Shown piece by piece: positions 53,192-64,000 of a stretch of 64,000 nt of DNA. Origin of the DNA: Macrostomum hystrix. Lineage: Eukaryota; Animalia; Platyhelminthes. Where the stretch lies: positions 14,384,001-14,448,000 of the forward strand of contig CATNEN010000003.1 of the NCBI GenBank assembly GCA_950097015.1, written 5' to 3'. Every line of letters starts with the position of its first letter. The stretch's first letter is position 1. A model generated the notes under the pieces. That model was not told where the DNA came from. It did no database searches and worked only from the letters and a program-made list of their open reading frames with translations. The translations under genes were made by a program, and so were the position numbers.

Positions 53192-54165
53192 TCACCTCAA
53201 GGCCTGGGGATACACCACATTCTTCGTTCTTCCCCTTGGTGCGAAAATGAATAGGCCAGCTGGAGTTCCAACACGGGAGCAGGCGACATAAAGCTGCCCA
53301 TGCGAGAAGCAAGGAGTCTCCAGGTTGATGCCAGCCACCTTCAGCGACTGTCCCTGAGCCTTGTTAATAGTCATCGCAAAGCACACTCTCACAGGGAACT
53401 GCAGTCGCTTGAACTGAAATGGCAGGTCCGTGGGGATAATTGGAATCCGGGGAACGAACACAGACTCTCCTCTGCCAGATCCAGTCATTATCGTGGCCTC
53501 AATCACGTGTGGGAAGAGCCGCCTGACTATCAGTCTGGTGCCGTTACACAGCCTTGGCGCATTCAGGTTGCGGAGGAGCATAATTGGTGCCCCAACTTTC
53601 AGCTGCAAGTTGTGCGATGGAGTTCCAGGAGGATCTAGAGAGTTCAGAAACTCAACAGGATACTCCACAGCGGTGTCATCAGTCAACGTTGTATCAATTG
53701 ACTTGTAGGTGAAAACTGCACCTGGCAACTCCTGAAGCAGTTGGTAGTTAATTTCGTTGGCGGCATCATTTCTAGGACACAGAATTGCCCTCTCTGACAG
53801 CCAGTCAACGTCAGCATATCGAACCATCAGGTTCGGGTAAACTTTTGCCTTGAGCTCCTGCACTGACTGCACAATGTTTCCGATTGTAGCGATCGATGAC
53901 TGCCCATCCTCGGTGCTAATCTCCAGCAGACCATTGCCGATTCGCAATAGATTGGCAGAGAACTCATGAGCTGTTTCGTCTCCTTGAATTGTAGCTCTCA
54001 TGTTTGTTCGTAGGTGCAACTTCACAACCGATGGCCACAGGTGAGATGATTTTAGGCAAGCATTAATCTCATCAGCAGGAGTGCCACGCGGAATCACAGG
54101 CAGCGTCTGTCTAAAGTCTCCAAACAGCAGCAGAGTGACACCACCCATCAATTGATTGCCAGCCT
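53192..54165 (-). pseudogene. C-terminal half of a Helitron RepHel Pif1-type SF1B helicase; uninterrupted frame but lacks Rep and motifs I/II
   Basis: GDFRQTLPVIP, LRTNMR, RAILCPRN, PIMLLRNLNAPRLCNGTRL, QFPVRVCFAMTINKAQGQSL, FSHGQLYVACSRV, TKNVVY. Confidence 0.9.
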
Positions 54166-55424
54166 CTCTCTTTCTTCTATCCCAGGCTGGCTGGAGAGAA
54201 ATATCGACCGGAGAGCCCTGCGCACTGGGACGCCACCGCACTCACCGCACTCAGTCTCAGTGCTGCTTGTGGGCCAGTAGACAGTCTAGGGGTTTGGGCT
54301 GTGTACATTCACGGCTTGAAATACAATGTACAGTCTGGGGCTTCGGCGCCCGGGGAAGGGAGGGGGTGGCTGTAATAAAATTTGGCCCGCAGAGTGGCGG
54401 AGGGGAGTTGGGGTGGCTGTCCTCGGAAAACAAAAAGTGACTCACTTTGAGATGATGCAGCTTTGCTCTGGATTGAGTAGAGATGTTCAAAATTGACAGC
54501 ATTGTTGGAAAACATGTAAAGTGTAAGTGGATCAAATTTGGAGAAAATCTGACAAAGTGGGGCGACGATATGTCGAATTGAGTGATTTTTTGACGATTTT
54601 TGAGCAGTTTTTTGCACTTTTGAGCAGGAAGGAAATGGTTTTTCGGGAATTTGAGTAGCCTATTGCACTCAGCGTAGGTGGTTTTAGGTATGTGCAAAGT
54701 TTGGTGCGATTTGGTTGAGCGGTTTCGGCGTCTATAAAGACAAAAGGTTGCACACACACAGACAGACACACACACACACAGACAGAGTTTTCACTTTTAT
54801 ATATATAGATTATCCTTTATTTTCCTCTCCTATTCCCATTGTTTTTTTCTGTAGACAAGGAAGTAGTATGTATACTCAGGCCGACTGTTGTCTCTACCAA
54901 AATAAAGTTTACAAGAAAAAGCAGGCATTATTTATAATCTAGGTACGGGGGCACAAGCCGTCTCACTCATTGTGTCTTATCAAGCGGAAATAGAATGCCA
55001 ATGTGATCAGCAGATGTTGCAGCTTATTGCAACAAGTTATGCATATTTGAGATCAAACAAGCTGCGGGAACAGATTTCGTTAGAGTACAGACACTGCATC
55101 ATCTTTCCCTTTCTTCCCCTAGAAGATTTCAATATCCCTATTTCTTTTGCGCTATCTCAAATTTCTTGCCTGTAACACATAGCTAGAACCCCATCTGTTC
55201 TAGCTCATCGACTAGAAAAATTAAGAAGGCTGAATTAAAAGCTAGATAGCGAGTTGAATATGAGTAACTAATACGACTTGCTCGCTATTATTTTAGAAGA
55301 TGTGAAAATCTTATTTATTTATGAATCATGGGCAAAATGTAACCACTATAGTATTGTACGGCTGCTGAATTTCAACGAAACAATCTTGCTAAATTTCTAC
55401 ACCGAGAAATTAATATGATTGTAA

Positions 55425-58400
55425 ACCTGACTGCAATTATCTTATAAAATCCGTGTCACTCTGACTGCAATTATCTTATCAGATCCGTGTCACCCTGACT
55501 GCAATTATCTTATCAGATCCGTGTCACCCTGATTGCAATTATCTTATCAGATCCGTGTCACCCTGACTGCAATTATCTTATCAGATCCGTGTCACCCTGA
55601 CTGCAATTATCCTATCAGATCCGTGTCACCCTGACTGCAATTATCCTATCAGATCCGTGTCACCCTGACTGCAATTATCTTATCAGATCCGTGTCACCCT
55701 GATTGCAATTATCCTATCAGATCCGTGTCACCCTGACTTCAATTGTCTTATCAGATCCGTGTCACCCTGACTGCAATTATCTTATCAGATCCGTGTCACC
55801 CTGACTTCAATTATCCTATCAGATCCGTGTCACCCTGACTGCAATTATCCTATCAGATCCGTGTCACCCTGACTGCAATTATCCTATCAGATCCGTGTCA
55901 CCCTGACTGCAATTATCTTATCAGATCCGTGTCACCCTGATTGCAATTATCCTATCAGATCCGTGTCACCCTGACTTCAATTGTCTTATCAGATCCGTGT
56001 CACCCTGACTGCAATTATCCTATCAGATCCGTGTCACCCTGACTTCAATTGTCTTATCAGATCCGTGTCACCCTGACTGCAATTATCCTATCAGATCCGT
56101 GTCACCCTGACTGCAATTATCCTATCAGATCCGTGTCACCCTGACTGCAATTATCTTATCAGATCCGTGTCACCCTGACTGCAATTATCTTATCAAATTC
56201 TTGTCACCCTGACTGCAATTATCGTATCAAATCCGTGTCACCCTGACTGCAATTATCCTATCAGATCCGTGTCACCCTGACTCCAATTATCCTATCAGAT
56301 CCGTGTCACCCTGACTGCAATTATCCTATCAAATCCGTGTCACCCTGACTGCAATTATCTTATCAAATTCGTGTCACCCTGACAGCAATTATCCTATCAG
56401 ATCTGTGTCACCCTGACTGCAATTATCCTATCAGATCCGTGTCACCCTGACTGCAATTATCCTATCAAATTCGTGTCACCCTGACTGCAATTATCCTATC
56501 AGATCCGTGTCACCCTGACTGCAATTATCTTATCAAATTCGTGTCACCCTGACAGCAAATATCCTATCAGATCCGTGTCACCCTGACTGCAATTATCTTA
56601 TCAAATTCGTGTCACCCTGACAGCAATTATCCTATCAGATCCGTGTCACCCTGACTGCAATTATCCTATCAGATCCGTGTCACCCTGACTGCAATTATCC
56701 TATCAAATCCGTGTCACCCTGACTGCAATTATCCTATCAAATCCGTGTCACCCTGACTGCAATTATCCTATCAAATCCGTGTCACCCTGACTGCAATTAT
56801 CCTATCAGATCCGTGTCACCCTGACTGCAATTATCCTATCAGATCCGTGTCACCCTGACTGCAATTATCCTATCAAATCCGTGTCACCCTGACTGCAATT
56901 ATCTTATCAAATTCGTGTCACCCTGACAGCAATTATCCTATCAGATCCGTGTCACCCTGACTGCAATTATCCTATCAAATCCGTGTCACCCTGACTGCAA
57001 TTATCTTATCAAATTCGTGTCACCCTGACAGCAATTATCCTATCAGATCCGTGTCACCCTGACTGCAATTATCCTATCAGATCCGTGTCACCCTGACTGC
57101 AATTATCCTATCAAATCCGTGTCACCCTGACTGCAATTATCTTATCAAATTCGTGTCACCCTGACAGCAATTATCCTATCAAATTCTTGTCACCCTGACT
57201 GCAATTATCTTATCAGATCCGTGTCACCCTGACTGCAATTATCCTATCAAATCCGTGTCACCCTGACTGCAAGTATCTTATCAAATCCATGTCACCCTGA
57301 CTGCAATTATCCTATCAAATTCTTGTCACCCTGACTGCAATTATCTTATCAGATCCGTGTCACCCTGACTGCAATTATCCTATCAGATCCGTGTCACCCT
57401 GACTGCAATTATCCTATCAAATCCGTGTCACCCTGACTGCAAGTATCTTATCAAATCCGTGTCACCCTGACTGCAAGTATCCTATCAAATCCGTGTCACC
57501 CTGACTGCAAGTATCTTATCAAATCCGTGTCACCCTGACTGCAATTATCCTATCAGATCCGTGTCACCCTGACTGCAAGTATCTTATCAAATCCGTGTCA
57601 CCCTGACTGCAATTATCCTATCAAATCCGTGTCACCCTGACTGCAATTATCCTATCAAATCCGTGTCACCCTGACTGCAATTATCCTATCAAATCCGTGT
57701 CACCCTGACTGCAATTATCTTATCAAATTCGTGTCACCCTGACAGCAATTATCCTATCAGATCCGTGTCACCCTGACTGCAATTATGCTATCAGATCCGT
57801 GTCACCCTGACTGCAATTATCCTATCAAATTCGTGTCACCCTGACTGCAATTATCCTATCAGATCCGTGTCACCCTGACTGCAATTATCTTATCAAATTC
57901 GTGTCACCCTGACAGCAATTATCCTATCAGATCCGTGTCACCCTGACTGCAATTATCCTATCAGATCCGTGTCACCCTGACTGCAATTATCCTATCAGAT
58001 CCGTGTCACCCTGACTGCAAATATCTTATCAAATTCGTGTCACCCTGACTGCAATTATCATATCAAATTCGTGTCACCCTGACTGCAATTATCCTATCAG
58101 ATCCGTGTCACCCTGACTGCAATTATCCTATCAGATCCGTGTCACCCTGACTGCAATTATCCTATCAAATCCGTGTCACCCTGACTGCAATTATCTTATC
58201 AAATTCGTGTCACCCTGACAGCAATTATCCTATCAAATTCTTGTCACCCTGACTGCAATTATCTTATCAGATCCGTGTCACCCTGACTGCAATTATCCTA
58301 TCAAATCCGTGTCACCCTGACTGCAATTATCTTATCAAATTCGTGTCACCCTGACAGCAATTATCCTATCAAATTCTTGTCACCCTGACTGCAATTATCC

Positions 58401-59495
58401 TATCAGATCCGTGTCACCCTGACTGCAATTATCCTATCAAATCCGTGTCACCCTGACTGCAATTATCCTATCAGATCCGTGTCACCCTGACTGCAATTAT
58501 CCTATCAAATCCGTGTCACCCTGACTGCAATTATCTTATCAAATTCGTGTCACCCTGACAGCAATTATCCTATCAGATCCGTGTCACCCTGACTGCAATT
58601 ATCCTATCAAATCCGTGTCACCCTGACTGCAATTATCTTATCAAATTCGTGTCACCCTGACAGCAATTATCCTATCAGATCCGTGTCACCCTGACTGCAA
58701 TTATCCTATCAGATCCGTGTCACCCTGACTGCAATTATCCTATCAAATCCGTGTCACCCTGACTGCAATTATCTTATCAAATTCGTGTCACCCTGACAGC
58801 AATTATCCTATCAAATTCTTGTCACCCTGACTGCAATTATCTTATCAGATCCGTGTCACCCTGACTGCAATTATCCTATCAAATCCGTGTCACCCTGACT
58901 GCAAGTATCTTATCGAATCCGTGTCACCCTGATTGCAATTATCCTATCAAATTCTTGTCACCCTGACTGCAATTATCTTATCAGATCCGTGTCACCCTGA
59001 CTGCAATTATCCTATCAGATCCGTGTCACCCTGACTGCAATTATCCTATCAAATCCGTGTCACCCTGACTGCAAGTATCCTATCAAATCCGTGTCACCCT
59101 GACTGCAAGTATCTTATCAAATCCGTGTCACCCTGACTGCAATTATCCTATCAGATCCGTGTCACCCTGACTGCAAGTATCTTATCAAATCCGTGTCACC
59201 CTGACTGCAATTATCCTATCAAATCCGTGTCACCCTGACTGCAATTATCCTATCAAATCCGTGTCACCCTGACTGCAATTATCCTATCAAATCCGTGTCA
59301 CCCTGACTGCAATTATCTTATCAAATTCGTGTCACCCTGACAGCAATTATCTTATCAAATTCTTGTCACCCTGACTGCAATTATCTTATCAAATCCGTGT
59401 CACCCTGACTGCAATTATCTTATCAAATTCGTGTCACCCTGACAGCAATTATCTTATCAAATTCTTGTCACCCTGACTGCAATTATCTTATCAAT
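55425..59495. repeat. 34-bp satellite (GTCACCCTGACTGCAATTATCCTATCAGATCCGT)n, ~4.1 kb, ~120 copies
   Basis: Direct periodicity (e.g. 55501 to 55535). Confidence 0.97.
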
Positions 59496-60199
59496 TTAGC
59501 CCTAACTCCAGTTATCTTATTGGATTTCTTGTCACTTCTATTTTTAGATTATGATTGCTCCTGAACTTAGTTACTAGCCTAAAATATAAATTAAACAACA
59601 CGGTCTAAATTAGTCTTTTACGTAAGCACAACAATGCATGGCTAAAATTAGCTAAACTATTGTTACAACTATTTGTCCATTGTCCTTTAGTCCAGTATCT
59701 GACTAAAAAAGGAAAATAGACGTTTGACAAGAAAAGGTAGTACAATGTAGTACTGGGTAGTACCACGATAGAATCTTGATAAGAAATCTATTGTCTTTGC
59801 TATTTTCTTTGCTAACATAATAGTTTTTTCGTACTTTTTCCTGCTAAATATAATTATGGAGTAATAAATTATTTTATACTTGTATCTCAAAATATCAAAC
59901 TAAAAATGTTCCTTCTTAAAGTATTGAAACTTCGTCAATGCTTCCTTATGAATCTGTTACCCAATCTAGTATATAATATAGATGCAGTAATCATTCCGAA
60001 AACAATTTTCTTATCAAATAGGTTAGTTATTCATTAAGCCTGTTAATTTGTTTAGTTCGTCAAGTAGGATTACTGGACAGAATGGACCCAACAACGAACC
60101 CGGACGATAAGTCCGATCAAAAATAGTTCTGCGATAATCAACACAGGTGAGATGACTTTAGCACTGTTCTGTCTGATTTTGATTAAGTTTAAATAAGAT

Positions 60200-61660
60200 A
60201 AGAAAGAAAATATAAGAAAGAGAAGATAAGAGAGGGGAGATAAGGGAGGGAAGATAAGATAGGGAATATAAGATGGGAAAATAAGAGGCGGAAGATAAGA
60301 GAGGGAAGATAAGAGAGGGAAGATAAGAGAGGGAAGATAAGAGAGGGAAGATAAGCGAGGGAAGATAAGAGAGGGAAGATAAGGGAGGGATGATAAAATA
60401 GGGAATATAAGATGGGAAAATAAGAGGCGGAAGATAAGAGAGGGAAGATAAGAGAGGGAAGATAAGCGAGGGAAGATAAGCGAGGGAAGATAAGAGGCGG
60501 AAGATAAGAGGCGGAAGATTAGAGAAGGAAGATAAGCGAGGGAAGATAAGAGAGGGGAGATAAGGGAGGGATGATAAAATAGGGAATATAAGATGGGAAA
60601 ATAAGAGGCGGAAGATAAGAGAGGGAAGATAAGAGAGGGAAGATAAGCGAGGGAAGATAAGCGAGGGAAGATAAGAGGCGGAAGATAAGAGGCGGAAGAT
60701 TAGAGAAGGAAGATAAGCGAGGGAAGATAAGAGAGGGGAGATAAGGGAGGGAAGATAAAATAGGGAATATAAGATGGGAAAATAAGAGGCGGAAGATAAG
60801 AGAGGGAAGATAAGCGAGGGAAGATAAGCGAGGGAAGATAAGAGAGGGAAGATAAGCGAGGGAAGATAAGAGAGGGAAGATAAGAGAGGGAAGATAAGAG
60901 AGGGAAGATAAGCGAGGGAAGATAAGCGAGGGAAGATAAGCGAGGGAAGATAAGAGAGGGAAGATAAGAGAGGGAAGATAAGCGAGGGAAGATAAGAGAG
61001 GGAAGATAAGAGAGGGAAGATAAGCGAGGGAAGATAAGAGAGGGAAGATAAGCGAGGGAAGATAAGAGAGGGAAGATAAGAGAGGGAAGATAAGAGAGGG
61101 AAGATAAGAGAGGGAAGATAAGCGAGGGAAGATAAGAGAGGGAAGATAAGAGAGGGAAGATAAGCGAGGGAAGATAAGAGAGGGAAGATAAGCGAGGGAA
61201 GATAAGAGAGGGAAGATAAGCGAGGGAAGATAAGAGAGGGAAGATAAGAGAGGGAAGATAAGCGAGGGAAGATAAGCGAGGGAAGATAAGCGAGGGAAGA
61301 TAAGAGAGGGAAGATAAGAGAGGGAAGATAAGAGAGGGAAGATAAGAGAGGGAAGATAAGCGAGGGAAGATAAGAGAGGGAAGATAAGAGAGGGAAGATA
61401 AGCGAGGGAAGATAAGAGAGGGAAGATAAGCGAGGGAAGATAAGAGAGGGAAGATAAGAGAGGGAAGATAAGCGAGGGAAGATAAGAGAGGGAAGATAAG
61501 CGAGGGAAGATAAGAGAGGGAAGATAAGCGAGGGAAGATAAGAGAGGGAAGATAAGAGAGGGAAGATAAGAGAGGGAAGATAAGAGAGGGAAGATAAGCG
61601 AGGGAAGATAAGCGAGGAAAGGTAAGAGGTGGGAGATAAGAGACGGAAGATAAGAGAGTG
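60200..61660. repeat. 14-bp purine-rich minisatellite (GGGAAGATAAG[A/C]GA)n
   Basis: Direct periodicity. Confidence 0.95.
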
Positions 61661-62009
61661 ATTAATAAAGAGAACGTTGAAAAAAAGTTCAATGGTTACT
61701 ATAAATAGCTTTTTCAATACATAAATAGTTACTAGTCTTGAAAACCTTTTCTTGAAAATCTTTTTTAAGATCGCCAGTGACGGGCGAGAAGTGGTCTGAA
61801 GATTGATCTAACCATATGTGCCAAAAAGTCTGATTAGAAAATGGACTGTAAATTTAGTTGTCACCGTTCATGGATCTGCCAAAATCATTCGGGCTCGCAG
61901 TTGACAATTGAATTTTTGTTCTCAAGTTCAAGCTAAAGCAAAATACTGGTAAAAGTAGAACATTTACTTGTTTCGCATGTTCAAAGATTCCTCATTGTGC
62001 TAGTTAGAA

Positions 62010-63070
62010 AGGAGAGAATAGGAGAGTGGCTGGGAGAGAGTGGGAGAGAGTGTGGGAGTGTTGGGGGAGAATGGGATAAAGGAAATGGGATAGAGAATGA
62101 GAGAGATAATAAGAGAGAGAATCGGAGAAATGAGAGTGAGATAATTGGGGAATAGAGAATAGGGAATAGGAATAGAGAATAGGGAAAAGAAGAGAGAATA
62201 GGAGAATGGGAGAGAGAATAGGACAATGAGAGAGGGAATTTGAGAATGACAGAGAGAATAGGAGAATAGGATAGAAAAAAAGAGAACGGGATAGAGAATA
62301 GGAGAATGGGATAGAGAATAGGAGAATGGGAGAGAGAATAGGAGAATGGGATGGAGAATAGGAGAATGGGATAGAGAATAGGAGAATGGGATAGAGAATA
62401 GGAGAATGGGATGGAGAATAGGAGAATGGGATAGAGAATAGGAGAATGGGATGGAGAATAGGAGAATGGGATGGAGAATAGGAGAATGGGAGAGAGAATA
62501 GGAGAATGGGATTGAGAATAGGAGAATGAGATAGAGAATAGGAGAATGGGATGGAGAATAGGAGAATGGGAGAGAGAATAGGAGAATGGGATTGAGAATA
62601 GGAGAATGAGATAGAGAATAGGAGAATGGGATGGAGAATAGGAGAATGGGAGAGAGAATAGGAGAATGGGATTGAGAATAGGAGAATGAGATAGAGAATA
62701 GGAGAATGGGATAGAAAACAAGAGAATGGGAGAGAGAATAGGTGAATAGGAGAGAGAATAGGACAACGAGGGAGAGAATAGGAGAATGGGAGAGAGAATA
62801 GGTGAATAGGAGAGAGAATAGGACAACGAGAGAGAGAATAGGAGAATGGGAGAGAGAATAGGTGAATAGGAGAGAGAATAGGACAACGAGAGAGAGAATA
62901 GGAGAAATGAGAGTGAGAGAATTTAGGAATGGGAGAGAGAGAATGAGAGAGAATAGGAGAATATGAGAATAGGAGAGAGGATAGGACAATCGGAGAGAGA
63001 ATCGGAGAACGAGAGAGGGAGAGAGAGAGTAGGAAAACGGGAGAGAGAGAATGAGAATGGGAGAATATGA
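62010..63070. repeat. 20-bp purine-rich minisatellite (GAGAATAGGAGAATGGGATA)n
   Basis: Direct periodicity. Confidence 0.93.
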
Positions 63071-63744
63071 TAATGGAATACAGAAGAAATTAGCGGAGAG
63101 GCATGATGAGTAAGAAACTGAGCATGCGAAATGGAACAACTTTAAAATTCGAGCATCCAATATTAGCATGTACTTTGTTTTACACATTATACAGTATTCG
63201 TATCTACCCGGATATTTTCGCCTACGTAATAGTTTTTTCTGTTTTAAATGCTCTTTCCGACCGTACTGACTGGGACGGAAGAAATTTATATGTACTTTTA
63301 TTGTTGCTGTATTGTGCGCGTTGGTTTGTTATATAACAGGTTGAGATGAGGTAGAGAAGGTGAGAAGAGATAAGAGAGGGTGAGACGAGATAAGGTATAA
63401 TAAGATGGATAGGAGAGGGCGAAATAGATAAGATAGGATGGCATGAGATAAGAGAGAGTAGCACATAATTACATTCTTGTTGTTGTGTTTCCGAAAACTT
63501 TCTGCTGTAAAAGGTGTTGCCGTTAGAATTTTTTTACGGAAAAATCAATTTTTTAAGCGCTTCTGCAGTTGGTCTTTAAGACATAAAAATTACAAAATAT
63601 AAACGAAGTATAAGATGTCCAGCCTTCTGTTGTCTGTATTTTTTTCATACATTTCGATTCTTAGTATTTTAATTTGTACCTGAGAGGCTAGGAGGAGACT
63701 TAAAATAGTGAGACAAGATGAGAGAGGGTTATAAGCGATAAGAA

Positions 63745-64000
63745 AGGGCGAGATAAGATAACTGAGGGTAAGATGAGATAACACAGGGTAAGATGCGATA
63801 ACACAGGGTGAGATGAGATAACCCAGGGTGAGATGAGATAACACAGGGTGAGATGAGATAACACAGGGTGAGATGAGATAACACAAGGGTGAGATGAGAT
63901 AACAGGGGTGAGATGAGATAACAGGGGTGAGATGAGATGACAGGGAATGAGATGAGATAACACAGGGGGTGAGATGAGATAACAGGGGTGAGATGAGATA
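63745..64000. repeat. 18-21-bp minisatellite (GAGATGAGATAACACAGGGT)n, runs off the window end
   Basis: Direct periodicity. Confidence 0.9.

Larger units (their letters stand above)
52530..54809 (-). mobile_element. Internally deleted Helitron with both termini
   Basis: Minus-strand 5' end A|TCTATATATATAAAA at 54809 followed by a GTCT/GTGT microsatellite; 3' end has the hairpin TGCCC..GGGCA (52541-52560) then CTAG|T at 52533-52530; AT target, no TSD; contains a Pif1 helicase segment. Confidence 0.88.

Noticed and set aside
55425-59495. CRISPR-like 34-bp repeats
   Set aside because: Head-to-tail with no unique spacers, no cas genes, eukaryotic context
59920-60146. Possible small plus-strand exons before the 14-bp array
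   Set aside because: The splice-bounded segment 60056-60146 has stops in all three frames and no recognisable homology; could be UTR but unsupported
60158-63963. Long Leu/Ser/Pro-rich minus-strand ORFs
   Set aside because: Translations of purine-rich minisatellites, open in several frames at once

Overview
Eukaryotic (metazoan) genomic DNA with spliceosomal introns. CAG/poly-Gln-rich exons and minisatellite-filled introns suggest a free-living flatworm such as Macrostomum (inference only). Most long ORFs in the supplied track are translations of tandem repeats. I reconstructed these genes by hand from splice sites and reading phase: (1) the terminal exon of a Q/P/RGG-rich, possibly LARP4-like protein; (2) a voltage-gated K+ channel beta subunit (KCNAB/Hyperkinetic, minus strand); (3) an 11-exon neutral ceramidase with one GC-AG intron; (4) a 14-exon SLC37 sugar-phosphate exchanger; (5) an unrecognised 3-exon secreted prepro-protein with ~24 lysine-rich amphipathic 11-aa repeats under purifying selection; (6) part of a Q-rich single-pass membrane protein gene. 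Mobile DNA includes hAT MITEs with 8-bp TSDs, a decayed Buster-type transposase, an internally deleted Helitron with a nested MITE, tRNA-derived SINEs and a TIR-plus-hairpin element. About 30 distinct tandem arrays are present. Best leads: the polycationic secreted repeat protein, a candidate UGA-C stop-codon readthrough in the Kv-beta gene, splice-site-mimicking intronic minisatellites, and an HDV-ribozyme-like core in a SINE.
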